DNA from: Candidatus Micrarchaeota archaeon
GTDB taxonomy: Archaea > Micrarchaeota > Micrarchaeia > Micrarchaeales > CABMGC01
Length of the DNA: 64,000 bases
Direction: 5' to 3'
Assembly: GCA_021792235.1 (NCBI GenBank)
Contig: JAJYVC010000001.1
Coordinates: 752-64,751, forward strand
Both the position numbers and the translations under genes were made by a program. Each line of letters starts with the position of its first letter. Within the stretch, counting starts at the first letter, position 1. This document shows, piece by piece, positions 43,996 to 52,749 of this stretch. The notes beneath the pieces are model-generated. The model was not told where the DNA came from, did not search any database, and was given only the letters and a program-made list of their open reading frames with translations.

Positions 43996-45291
43996 TCATT
44001 TGCTGCCCTTCTTTGCCTTTTTCTTCTCCTTGTAGAGCAGATATGCGAGCACTGCTATTACCAGCAACAGTATTATGATAAGTAGCCCGCCTCCGCCGCC
44101 TGACGCCTGCCTCCTGTACACAAAAGCAGACGCATTTAGGCTCTGCGCGCTTATGAACACCGGAATTACTATCGTCTCATTCACAGGCTGTCTAACTGTG
44201 TTAAGATAGCTTATCTTGACAGGTATCTTGTATTCTCCGTGCGTCCTGTTGCTAGCCTCAAGCGTGAGTGTGACTGGCGTCTGGCTGTCCGAAGCTATCG
44301 ATCCAACAAATGTGCTGTTCGATTCGAATGACGAGAACCCATTTGTCGGAACCACCGTAGCGGTAACCGCAGATGCAGAAGAAGTTCCAGTGTTTGTAAG
44401 CGTGAACGATATTGAGAATATGCTTCCCGCGCTTGGCGCTACCGGCGATACTGTCACTCCGGAGGTGTTCAGGCTTATAAGTCCGCTTGCAAGCATCTCC
44501 ACATTCTGGTATATCTGCTCAAGATCTGTGCCATTGTAGAATGTGGCGGATACATTAGCGGAGAATTCGTCTGATGCGTTATAAGACACGAATATGCGCG
44601 ATCTCCTCTCTATCGTCTGTCCTGGAAGTATCGAATTTACCTCTATCTGCTGCGTGCCAAGCCATGCCACGTACTGGTTTGGGAATTTCACATTCATTGT
44701 TATGGTGTTCAATGCCGATAGCCCGTTATTGGTTATGTTCATGGTGAGGTTTTGGGTACTCCCTGCCGTAAGCACCTGCGGCGAGATGATAACTGTAAGC
44801 GGCTGGTTGCACAACTGTGTTGACATCGTAACATTCCGCTGCTCTGTGTCAGTGTAATATGTGTAATAGAAGTAGTTTATGTCAATTCCTACAGACACAA
44901 GCGATGATACATTCGCACCAACGAATATTGGTACTATTCCTGTCTCCGAACTGTTAGGGTCGACATTGCCTATGTCTACCGTGCCATTGCCTACAGAATA
45001 GAAGCCTTTCTGCGGTGCAACACTGAGCACCACGTTCTGCATCTGTGGATTAGGTCCTACTGTTGCCGAATAAGTTTGATTGAGCGAATGCGGGTTGCCT
45101 ATTGTCGTGGCTTTGTTTGACACGGTAACAGGTATGTAGTTGACCTGACCCTTGCACAGCGTAGTTGCATTGGTGGTTACGTAGAAGTTCGGCGGATTTG
45201 GTATCGGTGCAGGGCCGCTCGTTCCTGCAAATGCCAGTTGGGCAAATGCCAGGACTGCAAACACAGCCAGGACTATTCCTATCCCTTTCAC
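43996..45291 (-). CDS. secreted, C-terminally membrane-anchored beta-rich surface protein (COG1361/CARDB-like)
   Basis: Signal peptide MKGIGIVLAVFAVLAFAQLAFA, Asn/Thr/Val-rich repeats, C-terminal GGGGGLLIIILLLVIAVLAYLLYKEKKKAKK. Confidence 0.6.
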   Translation of the reverse strand: MKGIGIVLAVFAVLAFAQLAFAGTSGPAPIPNPPNFYVTTNATTLCKGQVNYIPVTVSNKATTIGNPHSLNQTYSATVGPNPQMQNVVLSVAPQKGFYSVGNGTVDIGNVDPNSSETGIVPIFVGANVSSLVSVGIDINYFYYTYYTDTEQRNVTMSTQLCNQPLTVIISPQVLTAGSTQNLTMNITNNGLSALNTITMNVKFPNQYVAWLGTQQIEVNSILPGQTIERRSRIFVSYNASDEFSANVSATFYNGTDLEQIYQNVEMLASGLISLNTSGVTVSPVAPSAGSIFSISFTLTNTGTSSASAVTATVVPTNGFSSFESNSTFVGSIASDSQTPVTLTLEASNRTHGEYKIPVKISYLNTVRQPVNETIVIPVFISAQSLNASAFVYRRQASGGGGGLLIIILLLVIAVLAYLLYKEKKKAKKGSK

Positions 45292-46007
45292 TTCAATACC
45301 TCTTGCTTTTCCATCTTACCATCCTTTATGTATATTATCTTATCGCAAAACTTGGTCGTATCTGGGTTGTGTGTTACCATCACTATGGTGACGTTGCCTG
45401 ACTTGCTTATACTTCCCAGCAGTTTTATCACCTCCTCGCCGGATTTGGTGTCCAGGTTGCCGGTAGGCTCGTCAGCCAGTATTAGTGCGGGGTTGTTGAC
45501 CAGAGCCCTCGCAACTGCAACCCTCTGCTGTTCTCCACCGCTAAGCTGCGTAGGGTTGTTCTTGAGCCTGTGGCCTATCCCTAGGCGCGTAAGGAGTTCA
45601 TCTGCTCTTCGCTTCCTCTCCTCTTCGGGAGCCGAGTTCACCATCAACGGCAACTCTACATTCTCCTCAGCGTTAATCCCAGGTATCAGGTTGAATGCCT
45701 GGAACACGAAGCCAAGCTCCCTGTTCCTGAACTCTGCCAGCTCATTACCGTTCATTCCAGAGGTCGCCACGCCGTCTATGTACACTTCGCCGTGACTGGG
45801 CTTATCTATCGTGCCTAGAATATTCATAAGTGTCGACTTTCCGCTTCCCGAAGGCCCAACTATCGCGGCGAATTCGCCTCGCTTCAGTGAGAAGGATATG
45901 TGCTCAAGAGCCCGCACCTCGACCTCTCCAGATTTGTATATTTTCGATACGTTATCCAACCTTACTGAATATTCGTTTCCGTGATGCTCGGGTCTTGATT
46001 TTGGCAT
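45288..46007 (-). CDS. ABC transporter ATP-binding protein (MacB/LolD-type)
   Basis: GPSGSGKSTLMN, LSGGEQQRVAVARAL, LILADEPTGNLD. Confidence 0.9.
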   Translation of the reverse strand: MPKSRPEHHGNEYSVRLDNVSKIYKSGEVEVRALEHISFSLKRGEFAAIVGPSGSGKSTLMNILGTIDKPSHGEVYIDGVATSGMNGNELAEFRNRELGFVFQAFNLIPGINAEENVELPLMVNSAPEEERKRRADELLTRLGIGHRLKNNPTQLSGGEQQRVAVARALVNNPALILADEPTGNLDTKSGEEVIKLLGSISKSGNVTIVMVTHNPDTTKFCDKIIYIKDGKMEKQEVLK

Positions 46008-46152
46008 TTATACTCCTTGCACTACGTGCTATCAAATAGTTTAACTATAAACTATCCTCATTATAAAGTATTAAATCTTTCCGAATCGTTCGGTTTGGAT
46101 GGTCCAATTAGATTATTAATGTTTAATGGCCTAGCATATCTGGTCAGATTGC

Positions 46153-47439
46153 ATGATTCTCAAGAATCTGGAGCCAAATATAGATGACAAGGAGTTTCAG
46201 TTCGTCTATCCAAGGTATGGTGGCCAGTCACTTCCCAATGTGGTCTCAACTGCCATGCGGACATTGGGCGTTGACAATGAGAAGACTCCCATAAACCACG
46301 AGTTTTACAAGGATCACATTGATCTCGACAGGATAGAGAAGGTTGTTTTCGTTGTTCTTGATGGATTCGGATACAGGATGTGGGCAGACTTCGGCAACGA
46401 TACAGGATTCTTCGGAAGGATAGCCAAGCGCGGTCTACTCATGCCGATAACATCCATATTCCCATCCACTACTGCAGCAGCGATAACTTCAATAAACACG
46501 GGCTTGACTCCGCTCGAACACGGCCTTCCCGAATGGATAATATACATGAGGGAAATAGGAATGATAATTAATACGCTCCCTTTTACTGCATACATGACGG
46601 AGAAATATACCAGCCTGTCGGATCTTGGTGTTGACTCGAAGATATTGTATGATGGCAAGACGGTGTACGAGAAGCTCAACGAGGAGGGGATCACAAGCCA
46701 CACGTTCACGGCCAGGAACATAGCGGAGAGCGCCTACACTCGGCTCATAAAGCGCGGCAGCCATGGCAATCCTTACGTGCATCCCAGCGATGCGGTAGTA
46801 AAACTAAGGCGGGTGCTGGAGTCGGAGCGCAAGAAGACGTACGTAAACTTGTACATGGATAATATAGATTCTGCGACCCACACATACGGTCCGTTCACTG
46901 AGGAGTCGCGTGCTGAAATAGGTGCGATATCCCAGGTATTCAAGATGCAGCTTCTTGACAAGATAGACAAAAGCGCAGCAAAGGATACTCTTGTGCTGGT
47001 CACTGCAGATCATGGTCATACTTCAATAAATCCGTCCAAGACGACTTTCATGAATGATGATCGCAAGCTTGCAGGCTTCCTTGCATCCGACAGGGGCAGC
47101 AAGATACTTCCCACAGGAAGTCCAAGAGGTGTCTTCCTACACATAAACGAATCGGATATTGAAAGAGCATATGCACACCTCAGCGAGAAATTCGATGGCA
47201 CTGCGAGGATAATGCGCACAAGAGATGCGGTGAGTGCGGGACTTTTCGGCAGCGGTAAACCTCACAAAAAGTTCGGTGAAAGGGCCGGAGACATTCTTAT
47301 ACTACCCAAAGACCACGAATCGATATGGTATGAGCATGTGAAGGGCAGGAAGCAGAAATATATAGGCGTTCACGGTGGGCTCAGCAAGAACGAGATGCTT
47401 ATCCCTCTTGGCATGGCAAGATTGTCTGACCTGCTCTGA
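46153..47439 (+). CDS. alkaline-phosphatase-superfamily phosphodiesterase/nucleotide pyrophosphatase-like protein
   Basis: VVFVVLDGFGYRMW, IFPSTTAAAITSINTGLTPLEHG (Thr nucleophile region), VTADHGH. Confidence 0.75.
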   Translation: MILKNLEPNIDDKEFQFVYPRYGGQSLPNVVSTAMRTLGVDNEKTPINHEFYKDHIDLDRIEKVVFVVLDGFGYRMWADFGNDTGFFGRIAKRGLLMPITSIFPSTTAAAITSINTGLTPLEHGLPEWIIYMREIGMIINTLPFTAYMTEKYTSLSDLGVDSKILYDGKTVYEKLNEEGITSHTFTARNIAESAYTRLIKRGSHGNPYVHPSDAVVKLRRVLESERKKTYVNLYMDNIDSATHTYGPFTEESRAEIGAISQVFKMQLLDKIDKSAAKDTLVLVTADHGHTSINPSKTTFMNDDRKLAGFLASDRGSKILPTGSPRGVFLHINESDIERAYAHLSEKFDGTARIMRTRDAVSAGLFGSGKPHKKFGERAGDILILPKDHESIWYEHVKGRKQKYIGVHGGLSKNEMLIPLGMARLSDLL

Positions 47440-47518
47440 ACGTGTGTTTTGCATCTGGAAATGTATAAATAGGAGTCCCTATCTCTATAACGTAACGGCT
47501 GTTGAAAAGGTGTAGTCC

Positions 47519-48301
47519 ATGCGTCTATCAGCAAAGCTCATGCAATCTGCAATCCACAATGCAGTTGTGCAGAAGGAGATGCCTGTGCAGGAGCACAGCG
47601 ACGACGCAATGACGCTGAGCCAGCTAAAGCAGAGGCTCGAATACTTCTGCCTGGAAAGAGGCTGGAACAAAGGCAATGCGGGAAGCCCTGACCACATCTC
47701 TGCAGCAATAATTACTGAGGCCAACGAACTGCTAGGCTGCGTAAAACATCTGCCCAAGAGGAAGCAAGCCCGTCTGGTCAGGAATCCAATAAACGGCATA
47801 GAGGCAAGGAAGGAGATTGCGGACGTGCTGTGGTTCTCGCTTGTTATGGCGGAGAGACACGGGATAAGTCTTTCGCAGTCGCTATTCGGCGATGGGTTTG
47901 CTTCTATTGGAAACGGAGGAGCCATCCACGTTACTGATGAACACACTAAAATATCTGACCTTAAGAGCCTTGCATTGGTCAGGTACGGGAAGAGATATCT
48001 GAGGCTATCTCCTAAGGATCTGGCAGTAGAGATGATATCGGAAGCATCAGCGCTCTTCGAGCACTTCAGGTTCAGGTCGCCGGAGCAGATAAAGGAGATG
48101 CTGTCAGACGATGCCAAGATGATGAGTATCAGAAAGAGCCTTGGCAAAGTGTTCGGCCTTATCCTAATATATTCTGCAAACAATAGCATAGACCTGAGCA
48201 GCGCCGTACTTGAAAAACTGTCAGAGAACGAGGAAAGGTACTCTGCAGTGCAGCTCAACGGAACAGGATACCAAAAGTACACTGAGATAAGGAGGAAGTA
48301 G
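47519..48301 (+). CDS. tandem MazG-like nucleoside triphosphate pyrophosphohydrolase (second repeat degenerate)
   Basis: First repeat: LSQLKQRLEYFCLERGW...ITEANELL...EIADVLWFSLVMAERHGISL. Second repeat: EMISEASALFEHF...SAVLEKLSENEERY, which lacks part of the acidic motif. Confidence 0.7.
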   Translation: MRLSAKLMQSAIHNAVVQKEMPVQEHSDDAMTLSQLKQRLEYFCLERGWNKGNAGSPDHISAAIITEANELLGCVKHLPKRKQARLVRNPINGIEARKEIADVLWFSLVMAERHGISLSQSLFGDGFASIGNGGAIHVTDEHTKISDLKSLALVRYGKRYLRLSPKDLAVEMISEASALFEHFRFRSPEQIKEMLSDDAKMMSIRKSLGKVFGLILIYSANNSIDLSSAVLEKLSENEERYSAVQLNGTGYQKYTEIRRK

Positions 48302-48332
48302 CTGTAGCTCGCGTCTTCCTTGAGCTGTCGAA

Positions 48333-49181
48333 TTAGCGCCTGATTGACGTATAAAGTCCTTGCAGATCTTTTGCTACAACATCTGCACCGCTCCTTACGA
48401 GATCCTTCAAGCTGCCCATGCCACTAAGCACCCCTACTGCTGTCACTCCAGCCCTGGCTGCCATTGTTATGTCTATCGCGGCATCCCCGATATATCCTGC
48501 ATCCTGCCTATCCACAGAAAATTTCTGCATTGTGCGATCGAAGCTTTCGGGATTCGGCTTCTTCGCGTCACACACTATCGTGAATGAGGAAAGCTCTGCT
48601 CTGGAGAAACCACCAGCGCTGAGGTCCCTGAGCACCGTGTCCCTGGCATGGGTGTTTGTCAGTATTGCTATCCTTCCTTGATATAGCTCTGCAAGACCCA
48701 TCAGCGCATCCTTCGCACCAGGTAGGGGTCTCACGTACTGCGCAGCCTCGGCGGAATTGAAGAATGATCCATTATCCCATGAGTATATGTCCTTCGCTAG
48801 GTCTACGTCGCGTGCGTCAGTGTGGCGGGCAATAATACTGTCCAGCTTCGCTTCTGCATCAACGTCATTGAGAATATCCATCACTTTGTCATTTCTAACT
48901 TCCGTATCCAGCTGGGAGTACATTCGGTCGAATGCCAATAACGCCAGTATGGGCATTATGCCCCCGTTGTATCTTGCGCTCACTCCGCCCAAGGCGTAAT
49001 TCGTCCGTGAATCATATGTGAACTCCATTCCATACCACTCGTATCCCTTGCGCCTGTTCATGTAGATGAGCTCTGACGGATCCACAATAACGCCGTCCTT
49101 GTCCACGCCGAACATCTTCTTAGCGGCAATTAACTCCAGTGCATCTTGCCTCCTTCCCTTAGAGTATATTATATTCTGCAT
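48333..49181 (-). CDS. HAD-superfamily hydrolase with large cap insertion
   Basis: Motif I FGVDKDGVIVD, motif II ILTNT, motif IV YIGDAAIDITMAARAG. Confidence 0.7.
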   Translation of the reverse strand: MQNIIYSKGRRQDALELIAAKKMFGVDKDGVIVDPSELIYMNRRKGYEWYGMEFTYDSRTNYALGGVSARYNGGIMPILALLAFDRMYSQLDTEVRNDKVMDILNDVDAEAKLDSIIARHTDARDVDLAKDIYSWDNGSFFNSAEAAQYVRPLPGAKDALMGLAELYQGRIAILTNTHARDTVLRDLSAGGFSRAELSSFTIVCDAKKPNPESFDRTMQKFSVDRQDAGYIGDAAIDITMAARAGVTAVGVLSGMGSLKDLVRSGADVVAKDLQGLYTSIRR

Positions 49182-49185
49182 CTTA

Positions 49186-51240
49186 TCACATCCTAAGCCT
49201 GTGCCTCTGCCTTGCTATGACATTCACACCCGGTTCCTTGCTGAGAGATACAAGTCCTTCATTTACATTCTCGAATAATTTGTTTATGTCAAGCACAGTC
49301 TCATGGCGCCTATGTCTCACAAGTCCGAACAGGGGGTTGCTCCTGCTTTTTATATGCCTATGCAGATCTGCTGCCAGGCCATCTGTCAGCTCGGTCACAC
49401 TCCTCTCCCGTATGAGCCTGCCTAGCTCAACCAGGTTTACTGCGAGCAATTGCTGGTCCTTCTCATCCATCATCCTGAATAGCTCGGCGCAATCAAGCCT
49501 GCCCTTTGACATGTCTCCAAATTTAACCAGATTGGCTGCGAGTTTCTCCAATTTAGAAAATCCAGCTTCATCTAGCCCATGCCTCGATACCATTGCATCA
49601 TAACCCTCTCTCATGCCGAGAAGGTATATAGAGTAGGCTCTGTCAAACATCGGGTAATTGCCTTTCAGCACTTCATCGAAAAGCCTGTCATATCTTGTAT
49701 TAACGCCATCTATGCTCTTAGTTACTATAAGGTCGCCAAGCAGTGCTTCTCTCACGACCCTGTCATCAACTGCGAGATCCGAGAACAGCTCTGCTATCCT
49801 GTCGTTGTTGAGCCTATCCGCCCTTTTCAGCTCAACGACAATCCCTTTCCTTATGTGGTCGGGCTCTGTATATCGTCCCTTCTCAGCAGGCATTGCCGCA
49901 GCCTTAACTGCGTCTATGACTGCTTCATCATCACAGTATTTCATTATCAGCAGATAGCCCCTTATCTTGAGGTCATCTATCCCACTATCTATTAGCTTCT
50001 TTGCGAATTCACTGACCTCTTGAGAGGTTCTATCCTTAAGTGACACATATTTGGCCACGCTCACCATGACGGACTGACTTCCCATCCTGTCAAGCTCGTT
50101 GTCAAGTAGCCTGCTTGCAAGTTCAAGATCCAGTGCATGCCTTCCGTATCCAAGCTGGCCTACTGCCGACATCCTCACTATATTGCTAGGATCGTCGAAT
50201 GCTGACTGGATTATGCGGTCCCTGTACTTATCAAAGTCTACTGCCGCCATGGCATAAATCGCATTTGCCCTTACGCCGGCTGTTTTGCTCATGCGGGCTT
50301 CATCCAGTATATGGCTGTCAGTGCGCGTAAACAGGCATAGCTCCAATGCAGATATCATGAGTTCCTCGGATCCAGATCCTAGAGTATACAGCTTCTCCGC
50401 GTCATCTTTTATCTCTGCACGGCTTATCCTGCCCTTCTCCACAGACCCGGTCTGTATCAGTATGTGGTCTCTTACTGATAGTGCGTAAGGGTCGCTCTTG
50501 TCCAGCGCGATGGCCCTATCTGCAAGGTCCCTTATCTTATCATCGTTGTCTACTATCCTAAGAATTGTAGCTATGACTTCAGGCATTATGCATTTGCCGA
50601 AGTAGTATGGATGTATCGACTGGGGCCAGTATGCCCTTATCGATTCGGATACATGAAGCGGCTTTATACCATTCCTTATGAGGTAGTAGTTTGCGAACAG
50701 GCGCCCCGTCCTTCCATCCCCGTCCTCGAACGGATGCAACTTCGTAAAGTTGGCGTTGAATTCAGCAACGTTCAGCAGGCTCATGGATGTAGACTCATAT
50801 GACACATTCAGCATGTCAACAGCATCTTTGAAAGCCTCGGGAACCTCATCTGCATGCACAGATATGTATGGTCCCACACTGAGTTGATATCTTCTGAATC
50901 CATCTAGGTATTTGCCCTGACTGTATACTCCTGTGAGCAGGGCTCTTCTTACTTCTACAATATCATCTGGTCGTATTACGTGTCCGTTTATGCCTTTCAT
51001 GAGTTTAAGCACAGCATCCAGGTTCATTATCTCTCCGTAATCGGAAAGAGGTCCATCCTTGCCCTCGAATTTACCTTTGTAGAGCAGATCCTCTGTTGCA
51101 GATTCGTGGCCATTGTTCACATTTGAATAAAATACTGTTTTTATCAGGCTATCCCCGAGTGCAACGTCCTTATCGGCATCAAGCTTTACCAACTCTGGTA
51201 TGCCAAGCCTATCGAGTACGCTAGCGTATTTGTCTTCCAT
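49186..51240 (-). CDS. Fic-domain protein fused to C-terminal HEAT/armadillo-like repeats
   Basis: Fic motif HPFEDGDGRTGR (GDG in place of canonical GNG). C-terminal ~400 aa of helical repeats (DPSNIVRMSAVGQLG...). ATG 51240 is preceded by a GGGGG box; the track start is GTG 51258. Confidence 0.85.
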   Translation of the reverse strand: MEDKYASVLDRLGIPELVKLDADKDVALGDSLIKTVFYSNVNNGHESATEDLLYKGKFEGKDGPLSDYGEIMNLDAVLKLMKGINGHVIRPDDIVEVRRALLTGVYSQGKYLDGFRRYQLSVGPYISVHADEVPEAFKDAVDMLNVSYESTSMSLLNVAEFNANFTKLHPFEDGDGRTGRLFANYYLIRNGIKPLHVSESIRAYWPQSIHPYYFGKCIMPEVIATILRIVDNDDKIRDLADRAIALDKSDPYALSVRDHILIQTGSVEKGRISRAEIKDDAEKLYTLGSGSEELMISALELCLFTRTDSHILDEARMSKTAGVRANAIYAMAAVDFDKYRDRIIQSAFDDPSNIVRMSAVGQLGYGRHALDLELASRLLDNELDRMGSQSVMVSVAKYVSLKDRTSQEVSEFAKKLIDSGIDDLKIRGYLLIMKYCDDEAVIDAVKAAAMPAEKGRYTEPDHIRKGIVVELKRADRLNNDRIAELFSDLAVDDRVVREALLGDLIVTKSIDGVNTRYDRLFDEVLKGNYPMFDRAYSIYLLGMREGYDAMVSRHGLDEAGFSKLEKLAANLVKFGDMSKGRLDCAELFRMMDEKDQQLLAVNLVELGRLIRERSVTELTDGLAADLHRHIKSRSNPLFGLVRHRRHETVLDINKLFENVNEGLVSLSKEPGVNVIARQRHRLRM

Positions 51241-51434
51241 ATGCTTCCCCCGTTGCACTTATCAGTGCGTTCTTCTTATCAAGAATACGGCAACGCATGA
51301 TGTGGCACGTATGTCCGCGGCAATATACTTTATATCTGCTTCCTGTACTCTCTGCAGGCCACAACGAAACTATACTGGGCCCGTACGCATTGAGTGAACT
51401 TGAAAAAATCAGCAAAGCTGCAGGACTACTGCCA

Positions 51435-51527
51435 AGCACAGCTAGAGTCATATATTTTAGTGCACTAGCTGAGGCTATCAGAAAGTACATATAATATTAT
51501 GCAGCACCTTCTTTATATACTTTGCTG
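51435..51527. repeat. 93-nt intergenic repeat, copy A (upstream of the Fic gene)
   Basis: 83/93 ungapped identity to 52622-52714; the distal 47 nt differ at one position. Contains palindrome tagtgcacta (51458-51467) next to a TATA-like box. Confidence 0.65.
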
Positions 51528-51658
51528 TTCATTTCTGGCGCCTCAGGCTATGCAGCCACGTGATTGAAAACTGCCAAGAAAACTGAAAACCTCAATGCAG
51601 GAACACTTAAGGAAACAAAATACCACAAGCACATTGGGATAAGGATAAAGTGGCAGTC

Positions 51659-52609
51659 TTACTTCTTTAATGCCTGCCTGAGCACTTCCGTTTCTGCCTT
51701 AATCTGGTCTGCGTCCAATACTGGTGGCATATTTCCCCTCTCATAAATATCCAGGTACATTTCGTCATCTCTTCCAGAGTACCTGTCGTTTCTTGATCTC
51801 GGTATCAGATTCACATGTAGCCTATCTATAGGTCTGCCTTCATATTCTCCAGTCTGCATTGACGTTATGTACGACCTGCTTTCGTCACCGTACACCTTGA
51901 GCAGCAGATTCATTATCTTCGAGTATGTTATTGCAAAATCCATTCGTTCCTCGTCGTCAAGTTCCATGAAGTCAGAAACATCCCTCTTTGGCACAAGCAG
52001 GGCCTGGCCTCTTATCACCGGCTTTGGGTGGTACATCGCAACGAAGTGACTTGATTCATAAAAGATGTTTGCCGAGAGAGCCGCATCAATTTCTTTGCGC
52101 GCTACCGGCATTGATCTAGGTGCCTGCTTCGGATTCTGCAGGCCGCACCTGAGCATTGCAAGGTCGTTTTCAATGTCATCAAGGAATGGTCTGTCAACGT
52201 TCTGCAGGTTCTTCGCGTAAATTCTTTCGTACTCAGTGCCCCCGCCAGCTGCGGAAACTTTCCTTCTTGGTATGAGATGCACATGGAAATGGTTCACTGT
52301 TCTTCCTGAGAATTCGCCGCTGCGTATCTTCAGGTCGTATGTGCGCTCACCATTGTTGTAGGTATCTAGTATGACTGGCAGCACCGTGCTTATCATGTCA
52401 AAAAGCTCTTTGACTTCTGCAGGCTGCAGGTCTAGGAGGCCAAGTATGTGCCTCCTTGTTATTATAAGGGAATGGCCGTCAGTGAGCGCTTTGCTGTTGT
52501 ACAGTGCTACAAAGTGCTCTCCTTCGTGCACAGATTGCTTTCTGAGGACCTGCTTCATACAGAACGGATCCTTATGAGCCGTCCTTTCTGCTAGGGCAGT
52601 GGAGGTCAT
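51659..52609 (-). CDS. tandem HIT-domain protein (GalT/Ap-phosphorylase-like architecture)
   Basis: Domain 1 has the full histidine triad NHFHVHLIPR. Domain 2 has DRLHVNLIPR, with only the central His kept. Confidence 0.85.
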   Translation of the reverse strand: MTSTALAERTAHKDPFCMKQVLRKQSVHEGEHFVALYNSKALTDGHSLIITRRHILGLLDLQPAEVKELFDMISTVLPVILDTYNNGERTYDLKIRSGEFSGRTVNHFHVHLIPRRKVSAAGGGTEYERIYAKNLQNVDRPFLDDIENDLAMLRCGLQNPKQAPRSMPVARKEIDAALSANIFYESSHFVAMYHPKPVIRGQALLVPKRDVSDFMELDDEERMDFAITYSKIMNLLLKVYGDESRSYITSMQTGEYEGRPIDRLHVNLIPRSRNDRYSGRDDEMYLDIYERGNMPPVLDADQIKAETEVLRQALKK

Positions 52610-52621
52610 AATCCATCACCC

Positions 52622-52714
52622 AGCACAGCTGGAGGTGCATATTTAAGTGCACTAACTGATGCAATCAGAAAGTACATATAATATTATACAGCACCTTCTT
52701 TATATACTTTGCTG
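52622..52714. repeat. 93-nt intergenic repeat, copy B (immediately upstream of the tandem-HIT gene)
   Basis: On the minus strand it supplies TTAAATAT about 29 nt before ATG 52609, plus a GGTGA box. Palindrome agtgcact at 52646-52653. Confidence 0.65.
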
Positions 52715-52749
52715 CAATCTTCTGGCAAAAGCTTATAAAGCAGCGTCAA

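Noticed and set aside
47485-48282. 265-aa minus-strand ORF covering the MazG locus
   Set aside because: Ser/Leu/Cys-rich with no motifs. It is exactly antisense to a plus-strand ORF with clear MazG helices, so it is a classic shadow ORF.
51564-51746. 60-aa plus-strand ORF overlapping the HIT gene 3' end
   Set aside because: Antisense overlap with the HIT gene. Lys/Thr-rich start with no support.
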